From assembly GCA_963743915.1 (NCBI GenBank), contig CAVURN010000005.1:416001-480000 (forward strand): a stretch of DNA of 64,000 nt, given 5' to 3'. This stretch comes from an uncultured Actinomycetota bacterium (GTDB lineage Bacteria; Actinomycetota; Actinomycetes; JAHEKZ01). A program made the translations under genes and the position numbers. Shown piece by piece: positions 1-9,653 of the stretch. Each line of letters starts with the position of its first letter. The stretch's first letter is position 1. The notes under the pieces are model-generated. The model made no database searches. It saw nothing but the letters and a program-made list of their open reading frames with translations, and had not been told where the DNA came from.

Positions 1-110
1 TCTTCCTGCAGCATCACCGGAGCGATCTGCGACCGCTGTGCGTGCGGAGAAGACCCGATGACTTGCGGTGCCGGGCCGGTACGCATGGGGAACTCGCCGG
101 ACGCGTCCAT
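1..110 (-). CDS. 5' part of a luciferase-like/DUF5519-type hypothetical protein running off the window edge
   Basis: Manual translation from ATG at 110 gives MDASGEFPMRTGPAPQVIGSSPHAQRSQIAPVMLQE; the RxGPxP...PHxQ..Q.AP..LQ pattern resembles this family; it starts 7 bp after the wrbA stop. Confidence 0.35.
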   Translation of the reverse strand, partial: MDASGEFPMRTGPAPQVIGSSPHAQRSQIAPVMLQE

Positions 111-117
111 GAGCCGC

Positions 118-726
118 TCACCCACGACGAAGCCTTTGGGCGATGTCGATGACCCTCTCGGCGAGATGCGTGAGGGCTTCGGTCTGCGTGGCTTCCAGCG
201 GATGGGGATCGGAAGTGCCGGTGACATGAGACACGCCATAGGGGTTTCCATCAACGAACTTCAGCGGTGCGGTGTATCCGGGTGGAACCAAGACACCTCC
301 AAAGTGGTACACACTGTTGTACAGCGCAAGCAGTGTTGACTCTTGACCCCCGTGGGCCGTCTGACTCGAGGTGAACCCGGCGTACGCCTTGTCCGCTAAC
401 TCGCCGCGCACCCAAGGCTGGCCCAAGGTGTCGAGGAACTGCTTCAACGGTCCGGCCACATTGCCGAACCGGGCCGGGGTTCCCAGGAGAACGCCATGCG
501 CCCAAACGAGGTCATGGTGCGTAGCGACCTCGACATGTGTCGTAGCCTCGGAGTGCTCAACCCAGGCCGGGTTCTTTGCGATCGCCTCGCTCGGCGCCAA
601 CTCTGCGGCCCGGCGCAATCGAACTTCAGCACCCGACGAACGTGCAGCATCCGCCAGGACCTGTGCCATGGCGTGAAGCGTGCCGGTTGCCGAGTAGTAA
701 ACGATGGCCATCCTCGTTGACGACAT
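118..726 (-). CDS. wrbA: NAD(P)H:quinone oxidoreductase, WrbA/flavodoxin-like
   Basis: IVYYSATG FMN loop, GTPARFGN, HGGQESTL, GNPYG motifs; 202 aa. Confidence 0.9.
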   Translation of the reverse strand: MSSTRMAIVYYSATGTLHAMAQVLADAARSSGAEVRLRRAAELAPSEAIAKNPAWVEHSEATTHVEVATHHDLVWAHGVLLGTPARFGNVAGPLKQFLDTLGQPWVRGELADKAYAGFTSSQTAHGGQESTLLALYNSVYHFGGVLVPPGYTAPLKFVDGNPYGVSHVTGTSDPHPLEATQTEALTHLAERVIDIAQRLRRG

Positions 727-859
727 CTCCCTAGCCTTCTATCCACGGGGTAAGCAGTGTCGTCAAATCGTCGATGAACACCGGCTCAGGAGCATGCTGC
801 TGATCGGTAGAAGTTGAGGTCCCGGTCTACTACACCTGCACACTTGCACCGCTGGACTT

Positions 860-1981
860 TCAGGCCCGGGCAAGCAGCTCCACCAAGTCCGAGAATGCGG
901 CCAAAGAGTGTCCGGCGACGAAGTCGTCGACGTGCGGAAGGACGGCCCTCACCCCCCCTTGCACCGGCGCGTAACCCACCTTGCCGCGATGAGGATTGAC
1001 CCAGACCAAGCGGTGGGTCAGCCGATGAAGCCGAGCTATTTGCATTGCCAGCAAGGTGAGGTCACCGGTTTCCCACCCGTCACTGAACACCACGACCACG
1101 GCGCCGCGGGCCATGCCTCGCTGCCCCCAGTGATCCAAGAACGCCTTGATGTCATCACCCAATCGAGTACCACCAGCCCAATCGGGGACTGCCTGCCCAG
1201 CCGCCACCAGTGCCGCCTCCGGGTCATGAATCCGAAGCTCTCGTGTCAGGCGTGTAAGCCGGGTGCCGAGGGTAAAGACCTCGACATCTCCCCCCCTGCT
1301 GGCCGTCATGATCCGGTGAGACAGACGCAGGAGCGCATCGGCATAGCTGCTCATCGAGCCCGACACGTCGACGAGCAGTATTACCCGCCGAGGACGTGTC
1401 CCCCGCCGGCGCCACTCGACCGGCCCGGGTTCACCCATGCGGCGGAGCATCGTCCGCAGCGTGCGATGTGCATCCACCTCTCCCCGCCGCCACGTGATTC
1501 GGCGGTGCGTGAGTCGGCGCGGGGCGACCGGCTGCAACGTAGCCATCTGCGCGGCGAGTTCCGCCCTCTGCGATTCATTCAGCTCACCAACGTCACGATG
1601 CCGAAGAACCTCCGTGGCACTTGCCCTACCGGCAATCGGTTCGGCGTCGGGATCGGCGGCCGCGCAACCGTCTTCGTCCGGCAACAGCGAGGGAACGGGC
1701 TCATCGAACATGACCGGCTGCTCCGAGTCTTGCGGCCCTTCGCCGACTCGGAACCAGACGTCGAAGACCTGGTCGTAGCGAGCAAGGTCGCTGGGGCAGG
1801 TGCAAAGCGTCGCACGCCCTGCCCAGTACGTGGTCAGTCGGTCGGAGACACCGAGCAAAGCGACTGCCTCAAGCCACGCGCGAGACCGATCGACGGTGAC
1901 CGGCACCCCGGCGGCGCGCAATGCGCGAGCAAAGCCAAGCAGAAACTCGTCAGGCTGATGTTCGAAGTCCAGTGAGGTCAT
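860..1981 (-). CDS. CoxE-like VWA domain protein
   Basis: MIDAS DVSGSMS, WAGGTRLG, VFSDGWETG, VWVNP motifs; coupled to the upstream MoxR ATPase. Confidence 0.88.
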   Translation of the reverse strand: MTSLDFEHQPDEFLLGFARALRAAGVPVTVDRSRAWLEAVALLGVSDRLTTYWAGRATLCTCPSDLARYDQVFDVWFRVGEGPQDSEQPVMFDEPVPSLLPDEDGCAAADPDAEPIAGRASATEVLRHRDVGELNESQRAELAAQMATLQPVAPRRLTHRRITWRRGEVDAHRTLRTMLRRMGEPGPVEWRRRGTRPRRVILLVDVSGSMSSYADALLRLSHRIMTASRGGDVEVFTLGTRLTRLTRELRIHDPEAALVAAGQAVPDWAGGTRLGDDIKAFLDHWGQRGMARGAVVVVFSDGWETGDLTLLAMQIARLHRLTHRLVWVNPHRGKVGYAPVQGGVRAVLPHVDDFVAGHSLAAFSDLVELLARA

Positions 1982-2865
1982 CAGACGGTCATCAGTTCGA
2001 CCGCGGCTGCCTGCACGCGAGATGTGTTCTCGCGATTCTTCACGATGGCGCCGACGGTCGCCGCAGCGGCTTCAACATCAAGATGTGCGACACCGAGCCG
2101 CTCGAGGGCCCGCGCCCAGTCGAGGGTCTCGACCAGACCTGGGGACTTCGGAAGCCCACTCCTGTGTCGCAGCTGGTGGACAACGTCGACCAACTGTCGG
2201 GCCAGGGTCTCGGAGACATTGGGCACACGATGGCGGACAATCGCAACCTCGCTTGCCAGACTCGGATGGTCCATCCAGTGATAGAGGCAACGTCGCCTGA
2301 GGGCGTGGTGCATCTCACGCGTGCTATTGGATGTGAGCACGACCACGGGAGGCAACGTCGCGGCGATCGTGCCTAGTTCTGGGATTCTCACCTGGTAGGT
2401 CGAGAGCACCTCCAAGAGCAAAGCTTCAAACTCTTCGTCCGCACGATCCACTTCGTCGATCAGCAGGATCGCCGGCGCTGCTCGGAGCGCATGGAGAATA
2501 GGCCTTGAGAGCAGATACTTTTCGTCGTACAGACACAGTCTGGCGTCCTCCACATTGGACCCATCAGACACCGCTTCGAGACTGCGCAGATGCAATATCT
2601 GGCGCGGAAAGTCCCAGGCGTAGAGCGCCTGGCTGGCTCCAACGCCCTGATAGCACTGGAGACGGAAAAGTGGCCAGCCCGTCGCGGTAGCGAGCGCCTC
2701 GGCGAAGGCGGTTTTGCCAGTGCCCGACTCCCCTTCGAGGAGAAGTGGACGCTGCATCTGGAGGCAAAGGAACGCTGCCGTCGCCAACCCCTCGTCGCAG
2801 AGGTATCCAGCATCACTGAGCAGTCGTGCGACGTCGGCCGGCCCTCCCAGCTCCAATGGATCCAT
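1981..2865 (-). CDS. MoxR-family AAA+ ATPase (CoxD-like)
   Basis: Walker A GESGTGKT, RLQCYQG, Walker B LLIDEVDRAD, ALRRRC; start taken at MDPLELG. Confidence 0.9.
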   Translation of the reverse strand: MDPLELGGPADVARLLSDAGYLCDEGLATAAFLCLQMQRPLLLEGESGTGKTAFAEALATATGWPLFRLQCYQGVGASQALYAWDFPRQILHLRSLEAVSDGSNVEDARLCLYDEKYLLSRPILHALRAAPAILLIDEVDRADEEFEALLLEVLSTYQVRIPELGTIAATLPPVVVLTSNSTREMHHALRRRCLYHWMDHPSLASEVAIVRHRVPNVSETLARQLVDVVHQLRHRSGLPKSPGLVETLDWARALERLGVAHLDVEAAAATVGAIVKNRENTSRVQAAAVELMTV

Positions 2866-2875
2866 GCATTCCACG

Positions 2876-3436
2876 CTACAAGGTGGGGTGATCATCCGGC
2901 ATCGGCATGTCGACGTCGGTACCGGTGGCCAAGTCGAAACACTCCACCATTTCCACGGCATGAATTGCCAGATACCTGCGGGCGCCGCGGTCGCCCTCCG
3001 CCCTCTTGGCTACCTCCTTCCAGTGATCTCGGCCGATAAGTACTGGATGGCCGGGCACCCCCAAGTAGGACGCTCGTCGGAGGGTGCCAGTCGTCACCGT
3101 CCCAGTGAGCACCCGTCGAACGACGTCCGCTCCAACGTCAGGCAAGTCGACCAAAGACACCAGCGCCGCGTCGGCCGATTCCGGCAGCGCGGCCAACCCG
3201 GCCCGCAGCGAAGCACCGATCCCCTCGGCCCAGTCCAAGGCCACGATCTCCTCGACGTCAGCATCAAGGAGCAAACGCGCCTCGTCGGCCGCTGCCCCGA
3301 GTACAACGCTGACCGCGCCGCAGCCGCCGTCCCGCAGAGCGTCGATCGACCGAACCAGCCACTGGTCTACCAGCGCCTTTGGTCGACCCATTCGCCTTCC
3401 TGCCCCTGCCGCCAGGAGGAGGCCGTGGACGCACAT
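2876..3436 (-). CDS. Molybdenum cofactor cytidylyltransferase-like nucleotidyltransferase (MocA/MobA family)
   Basis: LLLAAGAGRRMGRPKAL, LVDLP, GHPVLIG, GDRGAR, DVD motifs; TAGACT -10 box 7 nt before the ATG (leaderless). Confidence 0.88.
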   Translation of the reverse strand: MCVHGLLLAAGAGRRMGRPKALVDQWLVRSIDALRDGGCGAVSVVLGAAADEARLLLDADVEEIVALDWAEGIGASLRAGLAALPESADAALVSLVDLPDVGADVVRRVLTGTVTTGTLRRASYLGVPGHPVLIGRDHWKEVAKRAEGDRGARRYLAIHAVEMVECFDLATGTDVDMPMPDDHPTL

Positions 3437-3504
3437 ACCGGCGAGTCTAGGTCGGCCTCAACCGAGCAACAACGGAGCCGCCAAGGGCCCACCCTCCGTT
3501 TGCG

Positions 3505-5973
3505 TCACTCACTGGTACGAGGTCTGCTTGACTTGGGGTCGTAGAGGGGCCGAAGGGATGCCAGGGCAGAAACTCTCCTTCCGCCGACCTCGATGGCATA
3601 GTCGCCATCGACAAACCACGACGAGTCAACGACTTCCGGAGCGCGGACCCAACCCAGGGCCACGGAGCCGCCTAAAGTGTGGCCGTACTGTGCGGACGTG
3701 ACCCTGCCCACGAGTCGATCATCTCGGAATATTGGCTCATCGTGGAACAGCATCGACTCAGGATCCTCGAGCAGGAACTGGACCAGGCGACGATGGATTG
3801 CAGCGTCGCGGGCACGACATAGCGCATCGCGACCGATGAAGCCTCCCGGCTTGTCCCATCGCACTGCGAATGACAACCCTGCCTCAAGGGGATTGTCACC
3901 GGAGGAAATGTCATGTCCCCAACTACGGTAGGCCTTCTCGAGCCGCAGTGAGTTCATCGCGTGATACCCGACCGGAGTTGGGGCTAGGTCAGAGTCCGCC
4001 TCAGTCAGTACGCTCCACACGTGACGGGCGATGTCCGCCGGGATCAGTAACTCCCATCCCAACTCTCCGACATAGGTAATCCGAGTAGCGCGAACATAAC
4101 CGAGCCCGAAATCAATTTCACGCGAGGCGCCGAACGGGAAAGCATCGTTGGAGAAGTCCGCGTCGGACAGCGACGCGAGGAGTCGTCGGGAGTCCGGACC
4201 CATGACAGCTAGCATCGCCAGTCCCGCGCCAACGTCTGCCACGGTGCACCGATCGTCCGCGGTGATGTTCCTCTTGAGATGCGCTAGGTCGCGACGGACT
4301 GTCGCAGGACCCGAGAGAACCAAGAACTCATCCTCAGCTACCCGGGTGACCGTTACATCCGCCTCTATGCCGCCATCTGCGTTGAGCCACTGCGTGTACG
4401 TGATCTGCCCTGGTTCGGTGTCCACGTCGTTGACTGAGAGTCGCTGAAGCACTTTGGTAGCGTCTCGACCCTGGACCAACAGCTTGCCGAATGATGAGGT
4501 GTCAATGAGTCCAACATGGTCCCGAATGGCCTTATGTTCCGCGGCAGACTCTTCAAACCAGTTAGGCCTTCCGAAGGAGTATTCATAGCGCCCCTCAATT
4601 CCATCTCGGGCGTACCAGTTGGCCCGCTCCCAACCGCCCAACTCACCAAACACGGCTCCTGCCGAGGCCGTCTGGTCGTACAGGACGCTTGTTCGCAGGG
4701 GTCGTGCGCTTTGTCTCTGCTGAAACGGCCAGTGAACTTCGTACGCAAGGTCGAGGGTCTCAACGACGCGTGCTTCGAGAAATCGACGATTCGTCTCATG
4801 GCGTTGGACTCGGGCCGGATCGGCCTCGGGAAGGTCGACCGGGCATCTCCCATCCACAAGCCAATCAGCCAGTACCGAGCCGACACCCGGCCCAGAGAGG
4901 AAGCCCACAGAATTGAAGCCGGCTGCCACGAAGTAGTTTCGAAGTGATGGCGCTTCACCTAGGTGAAACATGCCATCTGGCGTGAAGCTCTCCGGACCGC
5001 AGAAGTGCAGGCGGATACCGGCGTCCTCCAACACGGGCATGCGTCGAACCATTCTTTCGTAGAAATGGCCAAGATGCTCCCAGTCCTCCGGCAGTTGGAT
5101 GAATCCCCCACCTTCAGGGATGCCCCTCGATGCCCACGCGTAACTCCCGGGCTCGAAGAAGCCGATCATCAGTGCCCCGGCTTCATCCTTGACATAGGAG
5201 TACTCGTCACCACTCTTGACGGTAGGTAGATTCCGGGGCAATCCATCGATGGCCTCGGTGACGACGTAGTAGTGTGACAGCGCTTGCAGCGGGACGGCGA
5301 CACCGGACTGGCTGCCGAACTCCCTACCCCACATTCCTGTGGCATTTACCACGAACTCTGCTTCGATGTCTCCGGCAGTGGTTCGAACTCCTTTTGCAGC
5401 CCCGTCAACGGACAACACGTCAGTGACTCGGACCCCCTCGAAGGTTTTCGCTCCCCGCTGGCCAGCTCCTCGAGCCAGTGACATGACCGTGTCTGTAGCA
5501 CTGCCGCGTCCGTCACGCGGGTAATGGAGGCTGCCGAGAATCCCCTCTGGTTCAAGAAGGGGATGCATGGCCAGGGTCTCGTCCACGCTGAGCAGCTCAA
5601 CCTCGATGCCGTTGCTGCGAACTGCGCTTGCCTGGTGACGAAGCTCGTCGAGGCGCTCCGGTGACGTGGCAAGGTTGATCGTGCCTGTCTCGACGAAGCC
5701 AGTCGAGAATCCGGTGTCCTGCTCGAGCGACCGAAACACCTCAAGGCTGCGCTGCACGATCTCGCGTGTTCCCCAGGTTTCGCGCGCCTGTGTCACCAAA
5801 CCTGCGGCGTGCCAGGTCGTCCCCGACGTCAGACTATTCTGCTCGAGGAGCAGAACATCGCTCCACCCCCGACGGGCAAGGTGGTAGGCAGTGCTCGCAC
5901 CAACGATCCCGCCGCCGACGATCACTACCTGAGCCCTCTTCGGAACAGCTTGATCTGGCGAGTCTTCAGACAT
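3505..5973 (-). CDS. GcvT-family FAD/folate-dependent amine dehydrogenase/oxidase (dimethylglycine/sarcosine dehydrogenase or 4-methylaminobutanoate oxidase-like)
   Basis: GGGIVG Rossmann motif, GTTWHAAG (covalent-FAD His), PESFTPD, GWERANW, C-terminal GcvT domain (YVGELGWE, LRLEKAY); 822 aa. Confidence 0.88.
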   Translation of the reverse strand: MSEDSPDQAVPKRAQVVIVGGGIVGASTAYHLARRGWSDVLLLEQNSLTSGTTWHAAGLVTQARETWGTREIVQRSLEVFRSLEQDTGFSTGFVETGTINLATSPERLDELRHQASAVRSNGIEVELLSVDETLAMHPLLEPEGILGSLHYPRDGRGSATDTVMSLARGAGQRGAKTFEGVRVTDVLSVDGAAKGVRTTAGDIEAEFVVNATGMWGREFGSQSGVAVPLQALSHYYVVTEAIDGLPRNLPTVKSGDEYSYVKDEAGALMIGFFEPGSYAWASRGIPEGGGFIQLPEDWEHLGHFYERMVRRMPVLEDAGIRLHFCGPESFTPDGMFHLGEAPSLRNYFVAAGFNSVGFLSGPGVGSVLADWLVDGRCPVDLPEADPARVQRHETNRRFLEARVVETLDLAYEVHWPFQQRQSARPLRTSVLYDQTASAGAVFGELGGWERANWYARDGIEGRYEYSFGRPNWFEESAAEHKAIRDHVGLIDTSSFGKLLVQGRDATKVLQRLSVNDVDTEPGQITYTQWLNADGGIEADVTVTRVAEDEFLVLSGPATVRRDLAHLKRNITADDRCTVADVGAGLAMLAVMGPDSRRLLASLSDADFSNDAFPFGASREIDFGLGYVRATRITYVGELGWELLIPADIARHVWSVLTEADSDLAPTPVGYHAMNSLRLEKAYRSWGHDISSGDNPLEAGLSFAVRWDKPGGFIGRDALCRARDAAIHRRLVQFLLEDPESMLFHDEPIFRDDRLVGRVTSAQYGHTLGGSVALGWVRAPEVVDSSWFVDGDYAIEVGGRRVSALASLRPLYDPKSSRPRTSE

Positions 5974-6289
5974 GAATGAATCGTCTCCGTTGCGCGCACA
6001 GGGACTCTATGGGTCTTCCGGCGAATTCGTCGCAGAACTTGTTCGATCCCTCAGTGCCGGTGCCCTTCCACTCCCTGCGGGTGGATTTCAGTGTCGGGGT
6101 GTCCAACGCCAGACCACTGTGCGCCTGTCGCCCTCTGCCTAGCCACCAGCCCCGGCGATCCCGGTTCCACCCGACCTCCGACTGCAGCCAAAGCATTGCA
6201 CGTCGAAGCCCACGGCCAACGACCGGCGCGGCATCTCCAGGTATCGAGTGGACAGAGATAGACCGAGTTGGAGTGCGACACACCGAGCC

Positions 6290-6625
6290 CGAGGACGTCA
6301 CTACCTCTTGGGCCTCACGGAGCCGCGGCGGAGTCGACGGAACGGTCTACTCCTCGCCGCTGCGCACCGGCCTCACGGAACGGATCGACAAGAAGACCGC
6401 CGAGATCCGACCCGTACGCCAAGATCCCGCCCGCCACCTCTACGGGGAGGCCGGCCAAGTGGGGATGGCCTGGGGAACCAAGTTCGCCATCGCCTCGCTG
6501 CGCTCGCCGATGAGCGGTCACCGAGTCGTCCTCGGCGTCGAGCACGTCCCACCCCGCGGTGGCGGTGGCGAAGCCGTGAGATTCGTCGACCTGATGGTCG
6601 ACCTTGCCGGTCGGTCTCCGGGGAG
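6290..6625 (+). pseudogene. Fragment of a DDE-transposase-like actinobacterial protein
   Basis: Coding-like high-GC3 segment GVDGTVYSSP...WGTKFAIASLR...RVVLGVEHVP..GGEA with no credible start or C-terminus; DGT resembles a first catalytic Asp; family assignment from memory only. Confidence 0.35.
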
Positions 6626-6717
6626 CTCGGCACCCACGCCCGACATCAGCGTGCTCAGCGCCGCGAAATCGCTGCCGGACAGGCCCCAGGAGTCGAACCG
6701 GCGCCAAAGTGGGCCTC

Positions 6718-6723
6718 TAGACT
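6718..6723 (+). promoter_or_regulatory. Probable -10 element (TAGACT) of the tRNA-Arg gene
   Basis: TANNNT hexamer about 70 bp upstream of the tRNA. Confidence 0.35.
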
Positions 6724-6793
6724 TGCTCCGCCTCGGTCCGGACAGATCGCGGCAGGGTCCAGCAGGTTTCCCACAAGGAATCCCGCACGTCCC

Positions 6794-6866
6794 GCCCTCG
6801 TAGCTCAGGGGATAGAGCAGCGGTTTCCTAAACCGTGTGTCGCAGGTTCGATTCCTGCCGGGGGCA
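6794..6866 (+). tRNA. tRNA-Arg (anticodon CCT)
   Basis: Acceptor GCCCTCG/CGGGGGC, D arm GCTC-AGGGGATA-GAGC, anticodon arm GCGGT-TTCCTAA-ACCGT, T arm GCAGG-TTCGATT-CCTGC; CCA not fully encoded. Confidence 0.97.
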
Positions 6867-6875
6867 CCGTGGTTT
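6862..6875 (+). repeat. 14-bp target-site duplication GGGCACCGTGGTTT, copy 1 (overlaps the tRNA 3' end)
   Basis: Identical to 8245-8258; directly flanks the TGT...ACA ends of IS element 1. Confidence 0.88.
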
Positions 6876-8244
6876 TGTATTACTCCGGCTGATACGTGAC
6901 ATTTCGGCTTCGGCTGATCGCGTGACAGTGTTTCGGTTGATGGGTTACAGCTGCTTCGGTTGATTGGTGACACTCCCTGGATGAGGGAGATCAGTGTGGC
7001 TGAGCAGAGGTATCAGGCGGTTCTGGCGGTGCTTGCCGATGGCGAGACGGTGACCGATGTGGCGGCCCGGTTCGGGGTCTCGCGGAAGACCGCTTCATGG
7101 CTGGTTGCGCGAGGTACGAGGCCGGCGGGATGGAGGAGCTGGGGGATCGGTCGCATCGGCCGCGGTCGTGTCCGCATCAGATGTCGGCGGATGTGGAGGT
7201 GATGGTCGCGCGGTTGCGGCGGGCGCATCCGTCGTGGGGTCCGCGGCGGTTGGTGTTCGAGTTGGCCAAGGCGGGGGGTGGACCCGGTGCCGAGTGAGTC
7301 GGGGGTGTATCGGGCGCTGTCGCGGCTGAGACCTGGTTGATCCGGACGCGCGGCGGCCGCGGGAGCGGAAGTGGAAGCGGTGGGAGCGGGGCTCAGCCGA
7401 TGGAGTTGTGGCAGATGGATGTGGTGGGTGGGTTCGTGCTCGCTGATGGGCGGCGGGTCAAGGCGTTGACCGGGGTCGATGACCATTCCCGGTTCTGCGT
7501 GTCGGCGTTCTTGATGGTGCGGGAGTCCTCCAGCGCGTCTGTGAGCGGTCTGACGTTGGCGCTGCGGACCTATGGGGTTCCCGGGCAGGTACTGACCGAC
7601 AACGGGAAGGTCTTCACCGGGCGGTTCAACAGACCGCCGGTGGAGGTGCTGTTCGACCGGGTGCTGCGGGAGAACGGGATCGAGCATCTGCTGACCCAGC
7701 CCCGGTCCCCGACCACGACGGGGAAGGTGGAGCGGTTCCACCGGGCGATCCGGACCGAGTTCCGCACCGACCGGGTGTTCGCTGACCTTGGCGCCGCGCA
7801 GGCAGAGCTGGACGCCTGGGTGGAGCAGTACAACCATCAGCGACCGCACCAGGCCCTGCAGATGGCCACCCCCGCGTCACAGTTCCTCAACGCCCCCGCT
7901 TCGGTGGCTCCCCTGCGCCCGGTGCTGACCCGGGGCAGGCCGGACGCTGCCCGCGGCGACGGTGACTGGGTGGCCCGCCGGGCGTCCGCAGTGGGCGTTG
8001 TCACGGTGAACTGGCAACAGGTATGCCTGGGGATCGCAGCCGCCGGACGGAACATCGATGTCTGGGTCACCGACCAGGTCCTGCAGTTCTACGACGGCGA
8101 CACCCTGCTGCGAACAGAGAAACGGAGCACTCCTGGACCAGTCCGAAAGAAGCGGGCGTCGATCCCCGGCGGCCGCGAGACACTACGAGCGAGTGGAACC
8201 AATCAACCGACCTAGAACTGTCACCCATCACCCGAAGGTCAACA
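6876..8244 (+). mobile_element. IS481-family insertion sequence, element 1
   Basis: TGT...ACA ends; imperfect 28-bp TIR (TGTATTACTCCGGCTGATACGTGACATT vs TGTTGACCTTCGGGTGATGGGTGACAGT); four CGGYTGAT-N-TGACA-type repeats at 6886, 6911, 6934, 6957; exact 14-bp TSD. Confidence 0.9.
6981..8215 (+). CDS. IS481-family DDE transposase, frameshifted in this sequence
   Basis: N-terminal HTH MREISVAEQRYQAVLAV; LWQMD, DDHSRF, LTDNGKVF, TTGKVERFH, YNHQRPH; split over three frames near 7100 and 7260-7340. Confidence 0.88.
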
Positions 8245-8258
8245 GGGCACCGTGGTTT
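8245..8258 (+). repeat. 14-bp target-site duplication, copy 2
   Basis: GGGCACCGTGGTTT directly after the ACA of element 1. Confidence 0.88.
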
Positions 8259-8259
8259 T

Positions 8260-9653
8260 TGTGTGGTCTCGGTTGAGTGGTGACGTTTCCTGCTCGCCTG
8301 AGGCTTGACGGTGTCTCGGCTGATGGTTGACACCGTCTCGGTTGATTCTTGACACCTGTTGGTTGCTGTCGTCGTCTCGTCGTAGGTCGAGGCGGAGGGA
8401 GCCCGATGGTGCTTCGGGAGCTGAGCGTGGCTGAGCAGCGGTATCAAGCGATTCTGGCGGTGATCGAGGATGGTCTGTCGGTCACGGAGGTGGCCGGCAA
8501 GGTGGGGGTGAGCCGGCAGACGCTGCATGCGTGGTTGGCGCGGTATGCGGCTGAGGGGCTGGAGGGTCTGGGTGATCGTTCGCATCGGCCGCGGTCGTGC
8601 CCGCATCAGATGGATCCGACGGTAGAAGTACGGATCACCGAGCTTCGAGCGTTGCATCCGGGGTGGGGGGCGGACCGGTTGGCGTATCGGCTGGGTCGGG
8701 AGGGGTTCGACCCGGTGCCGAGCCGGGCGGCGATCTCGCGGGCGTTGGTGCGGCTGGGGCTGGTCAACCATGACCGCCGCAAGGGGAAGCGGGAGTACCG
8801 CAGGTGGCAGCGGTCGCGGCCGATGGAGCTGTGGCAGATGGACGTGATGGGGGCGGTGATGCTCGCCGACGGCACCGAGCTGAAGGCGGTGACCGCGATC
8901 GATGACTGTTCCCGGTTCGCGTTGGCCGCGCGGTCTGGTGCGGCGGGCCTCCTCCCGTCCGGTTTGTGGGGTGTTCAGTCAGATCCTGACGCAGTTCGGG
9001 GCACCGGAGGAGGTGCTGACCGACAACGGGAAGGTGTTCACCGGCCGGTACTCGCTGCGCCCGATCGAGGTGCTGTTCGACCGGATCTGCCGGGAGAACG
9101 GCATCACCCATCGGCTGACCGCACCCCGGTCACCGACCACGACCGGCAAGATCGAACGGTTCCATGGCACCTTCCGACGCGAGCTGCTCAACGGGCGGGT
9201 GTTCGACTCGATCGCCGACGCCCAGCAGCAGGTCGATGCCTGGCTGGTGGAGTACAACACCGACCGTCCCCACGCCTCCTTGCAGCGGCGGACCCCGGCG
9301 GAGGTGTTCAACGGTCGCGACCCCGATGCCGGCCCACCGGTCAAGGTTGACCAGGTCCTGGTCCGCCGCGACGGTGACGGCTGGATCAGCCGTCGGGTCG
9401 CCTCCAACGGGATCATCTCCGTCGCCTGGCAGCAGATCAGCTGCGGCAAGTACCGCGCCGGCGAGATCGTCGACGTCCATCTCCGTGACGGCCTGGTCGA
9501 GATCTGGTCCGGCAACGACCTGATCCGCACCGTCGTCCGCGACAACGAAAGGAGCGTCCGCAAGAAGCGGGCCAGCAAACCCGCCCAAACATAGACTCAA
9601 GGCGTCAAGGATCACCCGAGCAGAAACCGTCAAGCATCAGGTGAGACCCGACA
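8260..9653 (+). mobile_element. IS481-family insertion sequence, element 2 (different from element 1)
   Basis: Left end TGTGTGGTCTCGGTTGAGTGGTGACG vs reverse complement of right end TGTCGGGTCTCACCTGATGCTTGACG; four subterminal repeats at 8270, 8295, 8317, 8339. Confidence 0.9.
8406..9594 (+). CDS. IS481-family DDE transposase, one frameshift near 8930
   Basis: MVLRELSVAEQRYQAIL HTH, LWQMD, IDDCSRF, LTDNGKVF, TTGKIERFH, YNTDRPH. Confidence 0.9.

Noticed and set aside
7090-8940. Programmed frameshifting in the IS481 transposases
   Set aside because: The breaks are at different positions in the two elements, no slippery A-tract was seen, and similar indels occur throughout the window.
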